Of a stretch of DNA of 64,000 bases, positions 9,771 through 17,993 are shown piece after piece (the stretch's first letter is position 1; every line of letters begins with the position of its first letter). The position numbers were made by a program, and so were the translations under genes. This DNA comes from an uncultured Eubacteriales bacterium (GTDB lineage: Bacteria > Bacillota > Clostridia > Oscillospirales > CAG-272). The DNA is taken from positions 9,685 through 73,684 of the forward strand of contig CAKSDZ010000005.1 of NCBI GenBank assembly GCA_934446365.1, given 5' to 3'. The notes under the pieces were generated by a model. That model saw nothing but the letters and a program-made list of their open reading frames with translations, was not told the origin of the DNA and searched no databases.

Positions 9771-10844
9771 TTATGCCGCGAGACACGACTCCGTCGCAGC
9801 AGACTCCGAAATCTCCGCGAGCATGTTCTCGATAAAGATTCCGTAGCCCTCCGTCGGATTCGAGACAAGCACATGCGTCACGGCTCCGATGATTTTGCCG
9901 TTTTGAATGATCGGACTTCCGCTCATTCCCTGAACGATGCCCCCGGTCTTTTGGAGCAGGGCCTCATCCGTCACGCGGACGGAAAAGTTTCGGCCGTTTC
10001 CGTTTTTATCGATTTTGGAAATCTCAATCTCGTATTTCTGGCGTCCGTCTCCGTCAACCGTTGTGAAGATATAGGCTTTGCCCTCCTTCACCTCGGAAGA
10101 TTTTCCGACCGGATAAAGCTCGTCCGAAAGTCCTTCGGGCAGCTCGGTCAATACGCCGTATATCCCGCAGTCCGTATTCTTAATCAGTTTTCCCTGCTTT
10201 TTCCCGGTAAACGAACCTTTCAGCTCTCCCGGTGTGCCGGCGCGTCCGGGTGTAATTCCGGAGAGCGCGACCTCCTCGGCGCTGCCATACGCAAACGGAA
10301 CAAGCGCTCCGCTTTCCGCATCACAGATTCCGTGTCCCAGCCCGGCAAAGAGCATGGTTTCCGGCTCGATAAAGGTTACCGTTCCGATTCCTGCGGCGCT
10401 GTCCTTGATCCAGACGCCCAGTTTATATTCGCCGTTTTCATCGAGGATCGGTTCTACCTTAGCCGTGTGCATAAGCCCGCCGCTCTTGTATTCGAGCTTT
10501 ACCGCCGCACCGTTGGAATTGCGGATCGCTTCGGCAAATTCTCCCACGTTTCCGACCGGATTGCCGTCGATCGTCATAATGACATCGCCTTTTTTCAGTC
10601 CCGCATCCGCCGCAGGCCCGCAGTTTCCGCAGATTCCGACGACGACAACGCCCTCCGTGTGAAATTTCACACCGAAAGGAGTGCCCGCCGCGATGAGCTT
10701 CATCTGCGAGACATTTTTTACCGCCGGTGTCGGAAGCATCTCTTCCGCTTCCGCGCCGTCCGCCGCAAGCGCTCCGAAAGAGAGTCCTGCCGCCATCACG
10801 GCGGCGATAACCGCGCTCATAATCGCTTTCACTCTGTTTCTCAT
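9771..10844 (-). CDS. spoIVB: SpoIVB peptidase (S55 serine peptidase with PDZ domain)
   Basis: 357 aa. Signal/TM at the N-terminus, a PDZ region (GLKKGDVIMTIDGNPV), and the S55 catalytic region (GIGTVTF...GHGICD...QGMSGSPIIQNGKIIGAVTHV). Confidence 0.9.
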   Translation of the reverse strand: MRNRVKAIMSAVIAAVMAAGLSFGALAADGAEAEEMLPTPAVKNVSQMKLIAAGTPFGVKFHTEGVVVVGICGNCGPAADAGLKKGDVIMTIDGNPVGNVGEFAEAIRNSNGAAVKLEYKSGGLMHTAKVEPILDENGEYKLGVWIKDSAAGIGTVTFIEPETMLFAGLGHGICDAESGALVPFAYGSAEEVALSGITPGRAGTPGELKGSFTGKKQGKLIKNTDCGIYGVLTELPEGLSDELYPVGKSSEVKEGKAYIFTTVDGDGRQKYEIEISKIDKNGNGRNFSVRVTDEALLQKTGGIVQGMSGSPIIQNGKIIGAVTHVLVSNPTEGYGIFIENMLAEISESAATESCLAA

Positions 10845-11130
10845 GTTTTTCGCCTTTCGACGACTGATTTGTTTTTTTTAAAACCACGGTGCCGCCGATC
10901 CGTGGTTTTTTCGCACGGCGTTTTCCGTGCTGTTTTTAATTTGCTGCATATGCGTTTTTTTATGTGTAACAAATTTTTTTCATCTAACCAGATATTTTGT
11001 TTTTCTATTGAAAAACCCTGTTTTCTTTGATATAATGTAAGATATTCCATATACCTATTTATTTTATATGAAACAAAACTTTATTCACGATAATCTGCAA
11101 AATGCCGGATTCATCGGAAAAGGAGCGGTT

Positions 11131-11484
11131 ATGCGCGTCGCCATCGTCGGTTCCAGAAGCATCGAATATGACAGATTAAAGGACAAGGCATATGAGCTTT
11201 TATGCCGATATATTCCCGCCAATGCGACGGAAATCGTGAGCGGCGGCGCCGTCGGAATCGACACGCTCGCGGAAATTTATGCGAAAAGCAATCATCTGCC
11301 GACCAAAATTTTCAAGCCGGATTATGCCAAATACGGCAGAAAAGCGCCGATTCTGCGCAACGACGAAATCGTTGCATATGCACAGTACGTGCTGGCGTTT
11401 TGGGACGGAAGCTCCCACGGCACCGCTTATACCGTCGCCACCTGTATCAAGGAAGGCGTACCGGTCAAAATCATCACCATATAA
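11131..11484 (+). CDS. DUF2493/SLOG-family (DprA/LOG-like Rossmann) protein
   Basis: The track ORF starts at 11068. AAAGGAG lies 6 nt before the ATG at 11131 (MRVAIVGSR...), so that start is preferred. Motifs IVSGGAVGIDTLAE and AFWDGSSHGT are typical of this family (from memory). Confidence 0.6.
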   Translation: MRVAIVGSRSIEYDRLKDKAYELLCRYIPANATEIVSGGAVGIDTLAEIYAKSNHLPTKIFKPDYAKYGRKAPILRNDEIVAYAQYVLAFWDGSSHGTAYTVATCIKEGVPVKIITI

Positions 11485-11574
11485 AAGCGGAAAAAACATA
11501 TATTTTACAAAAAATTCTTGATATTTTACAATAAATCCGGGGCAAAGGCATGTATAATAGAAAGGACGGAAGCT

Positions 11575-12840
11575 ATGCAGTCAGGCGAAAAATTTGAACG
11601 GCAGCTGCGTTCGTTCTCCATGCTTGCGGGCTGCGGCTGCATGTGTACGGACGATAACCTGTCCGTCGGATATAATAGGGGCTCCTGTTCTTTCTCCTGC
11701 CCGGCCAAGGGCGGAATCGAATCCTCCTCCGGCGACGAGGGCTGCATTTGGTCCCACCGCCGCGCAGCCTACGGCGCTGAAAAATTCGGCGGGAAATACA
11801 TTTATTTCTGTCCTGCGGGCTTCATTTTCTGTATCGCGAAATACGCCGGCAAAACGGAAAGCGGTTATCTTTTGGCAGGGCCTATGAACGTTTCGGAAAA
11901 CGCCGACTTCGTCCCGGGCGATGCTTCCGGGGAAATCGATATCTCGCGAATCGACCGCGAGCAGTTTCTGGCTTTTCAGCGCACCGTTCCCTATGTGGAT
12001 TCCCAAAAGGTCAGCGCCGTTTCCGACATGCTGCAAGCGCTCGCGTTATCGCAAAGCGAAAACCGAAGCGACATGCGCGAAAACGAAGAAAAAATGCAGA
12101 TCCAGCAGCAAATCGGCGATTATGTGCAAAGCATCAAGAGCCGCATGATCCTCGGCATCGATAAATATTCGCCCTATCCCTACGACAAAGAAAAGCTTCT
12201 CGTCCACGCAATCAAATCGGGAGACGAAAAGGAAGCCAAAAAATATCTCAACGAAATTCTCGGACATATCTTTTTCGCATCCGCAAACAATATAGATACG
12301 ATTAAGCTTCGCGCGTTCGAGCTTACGGTCCTCATCTCCCGCGCGGCGCTCGACGGCGGCGCGGACGCGGGCAGCATTTACCAGCTCAGTCCGCAGTTCA
12401 TCTCCGATTTTTTCGCGCTCGATACCATCGACGACATCTGTTACTGCCTCATGGGAATCCTCAAAAAATTTTCGGCGGAAACCTTCGGAATCGAAAAAGC
12501 GAAGCATGTGGGAATCATCACACAGGTAGTTTCCTTCATCCGCAACAATTATATGCATAAAATTACGCTTCTCGACGTCGCCTCCCACGTTTTTTTGTCG
12601 CCGTCCTACCTCAGCAAAATCTTCAAGGAGGAGATGCAGACGAGCTTCAACAGCTATCTCAGCGAGGTCAGAATCGAAAAAAGCAAAATTCTGCTGCTTT
12701 CCAACGACCTTTCCATCGTCGAGGTGTCCGAGCTTGTCGGATTTCTCGATCAGAGCTATTTCAACAAGGTATTCAAAAAGCAAACCGGCATGACGCCGAA
12801 AAAATACCGCGAGACAAACGGCGGGCTTTTAGCAGACTAA
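11575..12840 (+). CDS. AraC-family transcriptional regulator with N-terminal PocR sensory domain
   Basis: Cys-rich PocR-like N-terminus (FSCPAKGG, CIWSHRRAAYGAEKFGGKYIYFCPAGFIF). C-terminal double HTH (ITLLDVASHVFLSPSYLSKIFKEE ... SIVEVSELVGFLDQSYFNKVFKKQTGMTPKKYR). The ORF is open from 11518. I prefer the ATG at 11575 because a TGTATAAT extended -10 sits at 11551-11558. Confidence 0.8.
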   Translation: MQSGEKFERQLRSFSMLAGCGCMCTDDNLSVGYNRGSCSFSCPAKGGIESSSGDEGCIWSHRRAAYGAEKFGGKYIYFCPAGFIFCIAKYAGKTESGYLLAGPMNVSENADFVPGDASGEIDISRIDREQFLAFQRTVPYVDSQKVSAVSDMLQALALSQSENRSDMRENEEKMQIQQQIGDYVQSIKSRMILGIDKYSPYPYDKEKLLVHAIKSGDEKEAKKYLNEILGHIFFASANNIDTIKLRAFELTVLISRAALDGGADAGSIYQLSPQFISDFFALDTIDDICYCLMGILKKFSAETFGIEKAKHVGIITQVVSFIRNNYMHKITLLDVASHVFLSPSYLSKIFKEEMQTSFNSYLSEVRIEKSKILLLSNDLSIVEVSELVGFLDQSYFNKVFKKQTGMTPKKYRETNGGLLAD

Positions 12841-12887
12841 CGAATTTGTTTATTAATAAAATTATTTGATACACAGGAGAAATGATC

Positions 12888-13529
12888 ATGTCAGCAGCTA
12901 TTTTACAGGAAATTTCCGAAAAGCTCCAACAGGGCAAAACCAAGGACATCAAGGTTTTGGTACCGCAGGCGCTGGAAGAGGGCGTTCCCGCCAAGGATAT
13001 TCTGAATGAGGGACTGCTCGCCGGAATGAGCGTCATCGGCGTCAAATTCAAAAACAACGAGGTATTCGTTCCCGAGGTCCTCATCGCCGCAAGAGCGATG
13101 AAAACCGGAACGGAGATTTTAAAGCCTTATCTCGTCTCCGCGGATGTTCAGCCCGCCGGAAAAGTCGTCCTCGGCACGGTGCGCGGCGACTTCCACGACA
13201 TCGGCAAGAATCTCGTCAAAATGATGATGGAGGGCAAGGGACTTGAAGTCATCGACCTCGGCGTCGATGTGGCGCCCGAAGCCTATGTCGCCGCGGCAAA
13301 GGAACACGGCGCCGGCGTGATCGCATGTTCCGCGCTTCTCACGACGACGATGGGCGAGATGAAAAACGTCGTCGACCTCTGTGTTGCCGAGGGGATTCGG
13401 GACAAAGTGAAAATCATGATCGGCGGCGCGCCCATCACCGATGCCTACTGCAAGGAAATCGGCGCGGACGCCTATACCTCCGACGCGGCCTCCGCCGCGG
13501 AGGTCGCGCTTTCCTACTTCACAGCATAA
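12888..13529 (+). CDS. Corrinoid (cobalamin)-binding protein, MtaC/MtbC-like, stand-alone
   Basis: N-terminal helical B12-binding cap. Rossmann B12 domain with a DxHxxG motif (GDFHDIGKN) and downstream SALLTTTM / GGAP motifs. AGGAGA lies 8 nt before the ATG at 12888. Confidence 0.8.
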   Translation: MSAAILQEISEKLQQGKTKDIKVLVPQALEEGVPAKDILNEGLLAGMSVIGVKFKNNEVFVPEVLIAARAMKTGTEILKPYLVSADVQPAGKVVLGTVRGDFHDIGKNLVKMMMEGKGLEVIDLGVDVAPEAYVAAAKEHGAGVIACSALLTTTMGEMKNVVDLCVAEGIRDKVKIMIGGAPITDAYCKEIGADAYTSDAASAAEVALSYFTA

Positions 13530-13553
13530 ATTACAGTGTAAAAAGGAGTTTTG

Positions 13554-14312
13554 ATGATTATGAAACTGAAAATTATGACGTACAACATCGCCGGCGGACG
13601 GGATTTTTCCAATCCTAACGCAAAGCCGGCGGTCAATCCCGAGGCGTGCATCGCCGTTATTCGGGAAGAAGCGCCCGATATCTGCGGCCTCAACGAGGTC
13701 GATTATAAGCTCCCGCGCAGCGGAAGAATCAAGCTCGCGGAGCATATCGGAAATGCGCTCGGCTATGAAAGCGCCTTCGCGCCCGCCGTCACATGGGCGC
13801 CCGGCACCTACGGAAACGGCTTTGTCTCCAAATATCCCATCAAGGAAGTGGAAATCTTCCCGATTCCCGACCCGCTCGACCGTTCGGAGCCGACCTACTA
13901 CGAAACGCGCGTCATCCTGCATACCGTCGTCGATTTCGACGGAAAGGAAACGGATATTTTCGTGACGCACTTCGGTCTTGCGAGAGCAGAAGCGGAAAAT
14001 GCCGCCAAAACGCTGGTGGGGCTCCTCAAGGATGCCTCGCGTCCTGTCATTCTGATGGGCGATTTCAATCTGCTTCCCGAGGATCCCATTCTTACGCCGA
14101 TCCGCGAGCTTCTGCGGGACACCTTTGACGTTTATCCGAAGCAGGACGATTTCACATGGCCGTCATACCGCGATATCATGAAGCCCGGCGAGCGCCTGCA
14201 AAAGATCGATTACATTTTTGTAAGCCATGACATCAAGGTAAACTCCGTAACCATCCCGGCGCCGCACGCCTCCGATCACAAGCCTTATATCGCAGAGATC
14301 GAGCTGCCTTGA
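13554..14312 (+). CDS. Endonuclease/exonuclease/phosphatase (EEP) family protein
   Basis: N-terminal MTYNIAGG, GLNEVD, a mid GDFN motif and a C-terminal SDHKP motif, as expected for the EEP fold. GGAG lies 5 nt before the ATG at 13554. Confidence 0.75.
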   Translation: MIMKLKIMTYNIAGGRDFSNPNAKPAVNPEACIAVIREEAPDICGLNEVDYKLPRSGRIKLAEHIGNALGYESAFAPAVTWAPGTYGNGFVSKYPIKEVEIFPIPDPLDRSEPTYYETRVILHTVVDFDGKETDIFVTHFGLARAEAENAAKTLVGLLKDASRPVILMGDFNLLPEDPILTPIRELLRDTFDVYPKQDDFTWPSYRDIMKPGERLQKIDYIFVSHDIKVNSVTIPAPHASDHKPYIAEIELP

Positions 14313-14330
14313 TACGAAAGGAAGAAACCC

Positions 14331-15038
14331 GTGGCGGAAAAGATATATACCATACCGATCAACGAAGCGTTTGAGCATGCCGTTTTGCACGAGCCGGCGG
14401 ACTGTCCGTTCTGTCTGCTCCACGACATGCTGGAAAAAAACGAGCTTGGCATTATTCTCGGCGCTTCCATGATGGAACCGGACATCCGGATCGAAACAAA
14501 TAAAAAGGGCTTCTGCCGACAGCATTTCGACAAGATGTTTGAAAAGGGCAACCGGCTCGGCCTCGGACTGATTCTCGAAAGTCATATTGCCGAGGTCGAA
14601 AAAAATGTGTTTTCCGGCGGAACGGCCTTCGACGGCAAGGGCGAAAAGGAGCAGGCAAAGCTTGAAGCGCTTGAAAAAAGCTGTTATATCTGCGACCGTA
14701 TCGAAGCCGCATTTGCCAAAATGCTCGACAACATGGTTTATCTTTGGGAAACCGAAGAGGATTTCCGCGGGAAATTCGCAGGGCAGAAGTATTTTTGTCT
14801 TCCCCATTACGCGGCGCTTTTAGAATACGGAAGAAACGGCCTTTCCAAGAAGGATTTCGCGGTTTATTTTAAAACGGCGAGGGAAATCGAGAAAAAATAC
14901 ATCACGGAGCTTGGCGGCGACGTCTCATGGTTCTGTAAAAAATTCGATTACCGCTATGACGCGGAGCCGTGGTATAACGCCAAGGACGCGATTCCGCGCG
15001 CGCTCGCCTTTCTCTCCGGCGGAAAACCGACGCGGTAA
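14331..15038 (+). CDS. Cys/His-rich protein of unknown function (DUF6062-like)
   Basis: 235 aa with a GTG start. Two repeats of a CxxC...FCxxH pattern (C25,C28,C62,H65 and C118,C121,C156,H159). The DUF6062 family name is from memory. Confidence 0.55.
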   Translation: MAEKIYTIPINEAFEHAVLHEPADCPFCLLHDMLEKNELGIILGASMMEPDIRIETNKKGFCRQHFDKMFEKGNRLGLGLILESHIAEVEKNVFSGGTAFDGKGEKEQAKLEALEKSCYICDRIEAAFAKMLDNMVYLWETEEDFRGKFAGQKYFCLPHYAALLEYGRNGLSKKDFAVYFKTAREIEKKYITELGGDVSWFCKKFDYRYDAEPWYNAKDAIPRALAFLSGGKPTR

Positions 15039-15081
15039 TTTTCAAAAAGCAAGTTTATAGAAAGAAAGATAAAACGAACAT

Positions 15082-16143
15082 ATGAAAAAATTCAGAAGAA
15101 TCGGCATTCTGACCTCCGGCGGCGACGCACCCGGTATGAACGCCGTCATCCGTGCGGCAGCCCGCGCGGCTCTTGCCCGCGGCGTCGAGGTTTACGGTAT
15201 TTACGAGGGCTATAAAGGCCTCATTCACGACAATATGAAGCTCTTTTCCTCCCCTGCCGACCTTTGCAACATCATCACAAGAAGCGGCACCATTCTTTAT
15301 TCCGACCGCTGTCTCGAATTCAAAACACCGGAGGGCATGGCGAAAGCCATCGCCACCTGTGAGAAAAATCACATCGACGGCATCATCGCCTGCGGCGGCG
15401 ACGGTACGTTCCGCGGCGCGACGGACCTTTCCAATCATGGGATACCGACCATCGGCATTCCCGGCACCATCGACAACGACATCACCTCCACCGATTACAC
15501 CGTCGGCTTCGATACCGCGATGAACACGGTCGTGCAGATGGTGGACAGGCTCCGCGACACCTGCGAATCCCACGCGCGCTGCGATGTGGTCGAGGTCATG
15601 GGACGCTGGGCGGGACATATCGCGCTTCGTACCGGTATCGCCTGCGGCGCCTCCGCTGTCGCCATTGCGGAAATCCCGTTTGATGAGGACAAGGCCATCG
15701 CGGACATCATCAAGCAAAAGAAAGGCGGCAAACGCTCTTTCATCGTCATCGTTTCCGAAGGACTGGTCGGCTATGCCGAAAAGCTCGCAAAAACGATCGA
15801 AGAAAAAACCGGAATCGAAACCAAATTCGCAAGACTTGCACATGTTCAGCGCGGCGGCTCTCCTACGCTTGTCGACCGGCTTGTTGCCTCTGAAATGGGC
15901 GTCGAGGCCATCGACCAGCTTTTCGCCGGCAAATCCAATCTTGTCGTCTGCAAAAACGACGACAGAATCTGTTGCGTGGATATCGACAAGGCGCTTATGG
16001 TCGACCGCATGTTCAAAAAGAAAATCACCCCCGAAGAGCTTGCTTCGCTCTCGCCGGAGGACAAGGCTTGGATGGAAGCGCGCTGCGCAGACGTTCAGGC
16101 TAAAATGCAGAAGCTTTACGACATCGCAAACGAAATCAAATAA
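15082..16143 (+). CDS. pfkA: ATP-dependent 6-phosphofructokinase
   Basis: 353 aa. GILTSGGDAPGMNA, GGDGT, IPGTIDND, and the MGR motif region. Confidence 0.92.
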   Translation: MKKFRRIGILTSGGDAPGMNAVIRAAARAALARGVEVYGIYEGYKGLIHDNMKLFSSPADLCNIITRSGTILYSDRCLEFKTPEGMAKAIATCEKNHIDGIIACGGDGTFRGATDLSNHGIPTIGIPGTIDNDITSTDYTVGFDTAMNTVVQMVDRLRDTCESHARCDVVEVMGRWAGHIALRTGIACGASAVAIAEIPFDEDKAIADIIKQKKGGKRSFIVIVSEGLVGYAEKLAKTIEEKTGIETKFARLAHVQRGGSPTLVDRLVASEMGVEAIDQLFAGKSNLVVCKNDDRICCVDIDKALMVDRMFKKKITPEELASLSPEDKAWMEARCADVQAKMQKLYDIANEIK

Positions 16144-16152
16144 GGAAAAGGC

Positions 16153-16185
16153 GGCACGGAATTCCGTGCTGTTCTTTTCCTTTTA
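16153..16185 (+). terminator. pfkA rho-independent terminator
   Basis: Perfect palindrome gcacgg-aatt-ccgtgc (16154-16169) followed by tgttcttttcctttt. Confidence 0.6.
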
Positions 16186-17400
16186 GAAAAGGAGAACACA
16201 TGCTTTTCTTTACAGAAAGAAAAGCATCAAAAGAACTGCAAGCCTCCGGCTTGATCATTTGTGCGGACGGCAGCGGTTCGGTGGCGGCTATAAAAGACGG
16301 CGTCCACGCTCGCGGGGCTTCGCGTGATCCGTCAACCGCCGCCCCTATTTTGAATATCGTACCGGAAGGCGCTCACACAGCGCGCGCCTTGCGCCCGCAG
16401 GCGCGGGTTTCTCAGTGGCACAAAACTTTCTGCACGGCGAGTGGTGGCCTGTGCGAGCTTTGCGAGCACTGCAACACCTTCGAGCCGTGGGTATGTGCTT
16501 CCCAGCAGAAGAATGAGAGCCCGAGACGGGAGTCTCGGTGAGTCTTTTGGTGCTTTTCTCCTCAGTGAGAAAAGCACATATCTTCTCCTTTGGCAAAGAA
16601 GAAACGTGTCCTTTTCTTGTCCGCACAAGAAAAGGACGAAAAGAAACCGCAAGCGTACCGCTTGACCGTTTGTGCGAGCCGAGGGCACATTCCGTCGGCT
16701 CCCAGCACGTGTTTGCACTCGTAAGCTCGTGCAATCCACGGCGGAACACGCCGAACGGGCAGCGAGTGCGCTCCGGCAGCCTTGCGCCTGCGGGCGCGGG
16801 CTTCTCAGTGGCACAAACTTCCCGCACGGCGAATGACGGAGAGCGCACGTAAGTGCGCGGTTCCGTCTGTTGGGAGCCGTGGGTATGTGCTTCCCAGTAG
16901 CACGATGAGAGTCCGAGACAGCGTCTCGGTGAGTCTTTTGGTGCTTTTCTCCTCAGTGAGAAAAGCACATATCTTCTCCTTTGGCAAAGAAGAAACGTGT
17001 CCTTTTCTTGTACGGACAAGAAAAGAACGAAAAGAAACCGCAAGCCTTTGGCTTGACCGTTTGTGCGGCCGGCAGCGGTTCGGTGGCGGCTATAAAAGAC
17101 GGCGTCCACGCTCGCGGGGCTTCGCGTGATCCGTCAACCGCCGCCCCTATTTTGAATATCGTACCGGAAGGCGCTCACACAGCGCGCGCCTTGCGCCCGC
17201 AGGCGCGGGTTTCTCAGTGGCACAAAACTTTCTGCACGGCGAGTGGTGGCCTGTGCGAGCTTTGCGAGCACTGCAACACCTTCGAGCCGTGGGTATGTGC
17301 TTCCCAGCAGAAGAATGAGAGCCCGAGACAGCGTCTCGGCGACTCTTTTCGTCGTTTTCTCGTCGGTGAGAAAACGACATATCCTTCTCCTTGATAAAGG
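16186..17400. repeat. Tandem array of three ~400-bp hairpin-dense units (unit starts 16229, 16639, 17030); candidate structured ncRNA or MITE/REP-like element
   Basis: Units 1 and 3 are identical over 267 nt (16261-16527 vs 17063-17329) apart from 1 mismatch. Unit 2 shares only conserved boxes and the hairpin module. Helices carry compensatory changes. All six frames are open and give nonsense-like products. See findings. Confidence 0.85.
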
Positions 17401-17431
17401 AGAAAACACACAAATTTCACAGGAGCAATTC

Positions 17432-17917
17432 ATGTCTCAGACAAAGCAAACAGAAAAAACCAACGTCATGCGGATATTGGACGCCGCGGGAGTCGCGTAT
17501 CGAAGCCACTGCTATGCATCAAGCGGCGCAGTATCCGCCGTAGACCTTGCGTCAGCACTTTCCGCCGATCCCGCCCGCGTTTTCAAAACGCTTGTGACCG
17601 TCGGAAAAACGGGAAACCATTATGTGTTTATGATTCCTGCGGCGGAAGAGCTGAATCTCAAAAAGGCCGCCGCGGCAGTCGGCGAAAAAGCGATCGAAAT
17701 GATCAAACAAAAGGAGCTTCTGCCGCTGACAGGCTACATTCACGGCGGCTGTTCGCCCATCGGCATGAAAAAGCCGTTTCGCACAACGATCCACCGCACG
17801 GCGGCGGATTTTGAAACGATCCTTTTCAGCGCGGGAAAAATCGGCTATCAAGTAGAAATGCCGCTCGCGTCGCTGCAAAAAATCATAAACGTACAAACGG
17901 CGGATTTAATTATATAA
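17432..17917 (+). CDS. ybaK: Cys-tRNA(Pro)/Cys-tRNA(Cys) deacylase YbaK/EbsC
   Basis: The track ORF begins at 17243, inside the repeat. The true start is the ATG at 17432, 6 nt after AGGAG. MRILDAAGV..., TGYIHGGCSPIG are typical of YbaK. Confidence 0.85.
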   Translation: MSQTKQTEKTNVMRILDAAGVAYRSHCYASSGAVSAVDLASALSADPARVFKTLVTVGKTGNHYVFMIPAAEELNLKKAAAAVGEKAIEMIKQKELLPLTGYIHGGCSPIGMKKPFRTTIHRTAADFETILFSAGKIGYQVEMPLASLQKIINVQTADLII

Positions 17918-17993
17918 GTTAAGCACAAAATAATTCCTGCGCAAACACAGCATAATTGCATGTTTCAGTTAGGAGCGCCGGAAAGGAATTCTT

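Noticed and set aside
16186-17400. Possibility that the periodic array is a CRISPR locus or a DGR template/variable repeat pair.
   Set aside because: - The period is about 400 nt rather than 60-75 nt, and there is no short repeat/spacer alternation.
- No cas genes or reverse transcriptase occur anywhere in the window.
- Differences between units are not adenine-specific.
17243-17431. N-terminal extension of ybaK into the repeat (track start 17243).
   Set aside because: - The extension is repeat-derived sequence.
- AGGAG plus the ATG at 17432 give a full-length YbaK.
16200-17433. ORFs inside the tandem array: 16200-16541 (113 aa, preceded by AAGGAG), 16345-17109 minus (254 aa), 16981-17394 (137 aa) and about ten others.
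   Set aside because: - Several frames on both strands are open at the same time.
- The products are Arg/Ala/Pro/Ser-rich with no recognisable domain.
- The apparent paralogy simply mirrors the DNA repeat.
- Indels between units shift the frame, for example aaaagaaCTgcaagcc vs aaaagaaaCCgcaagcc.
- Sequence changes between units preserve base pairing rather than codons.
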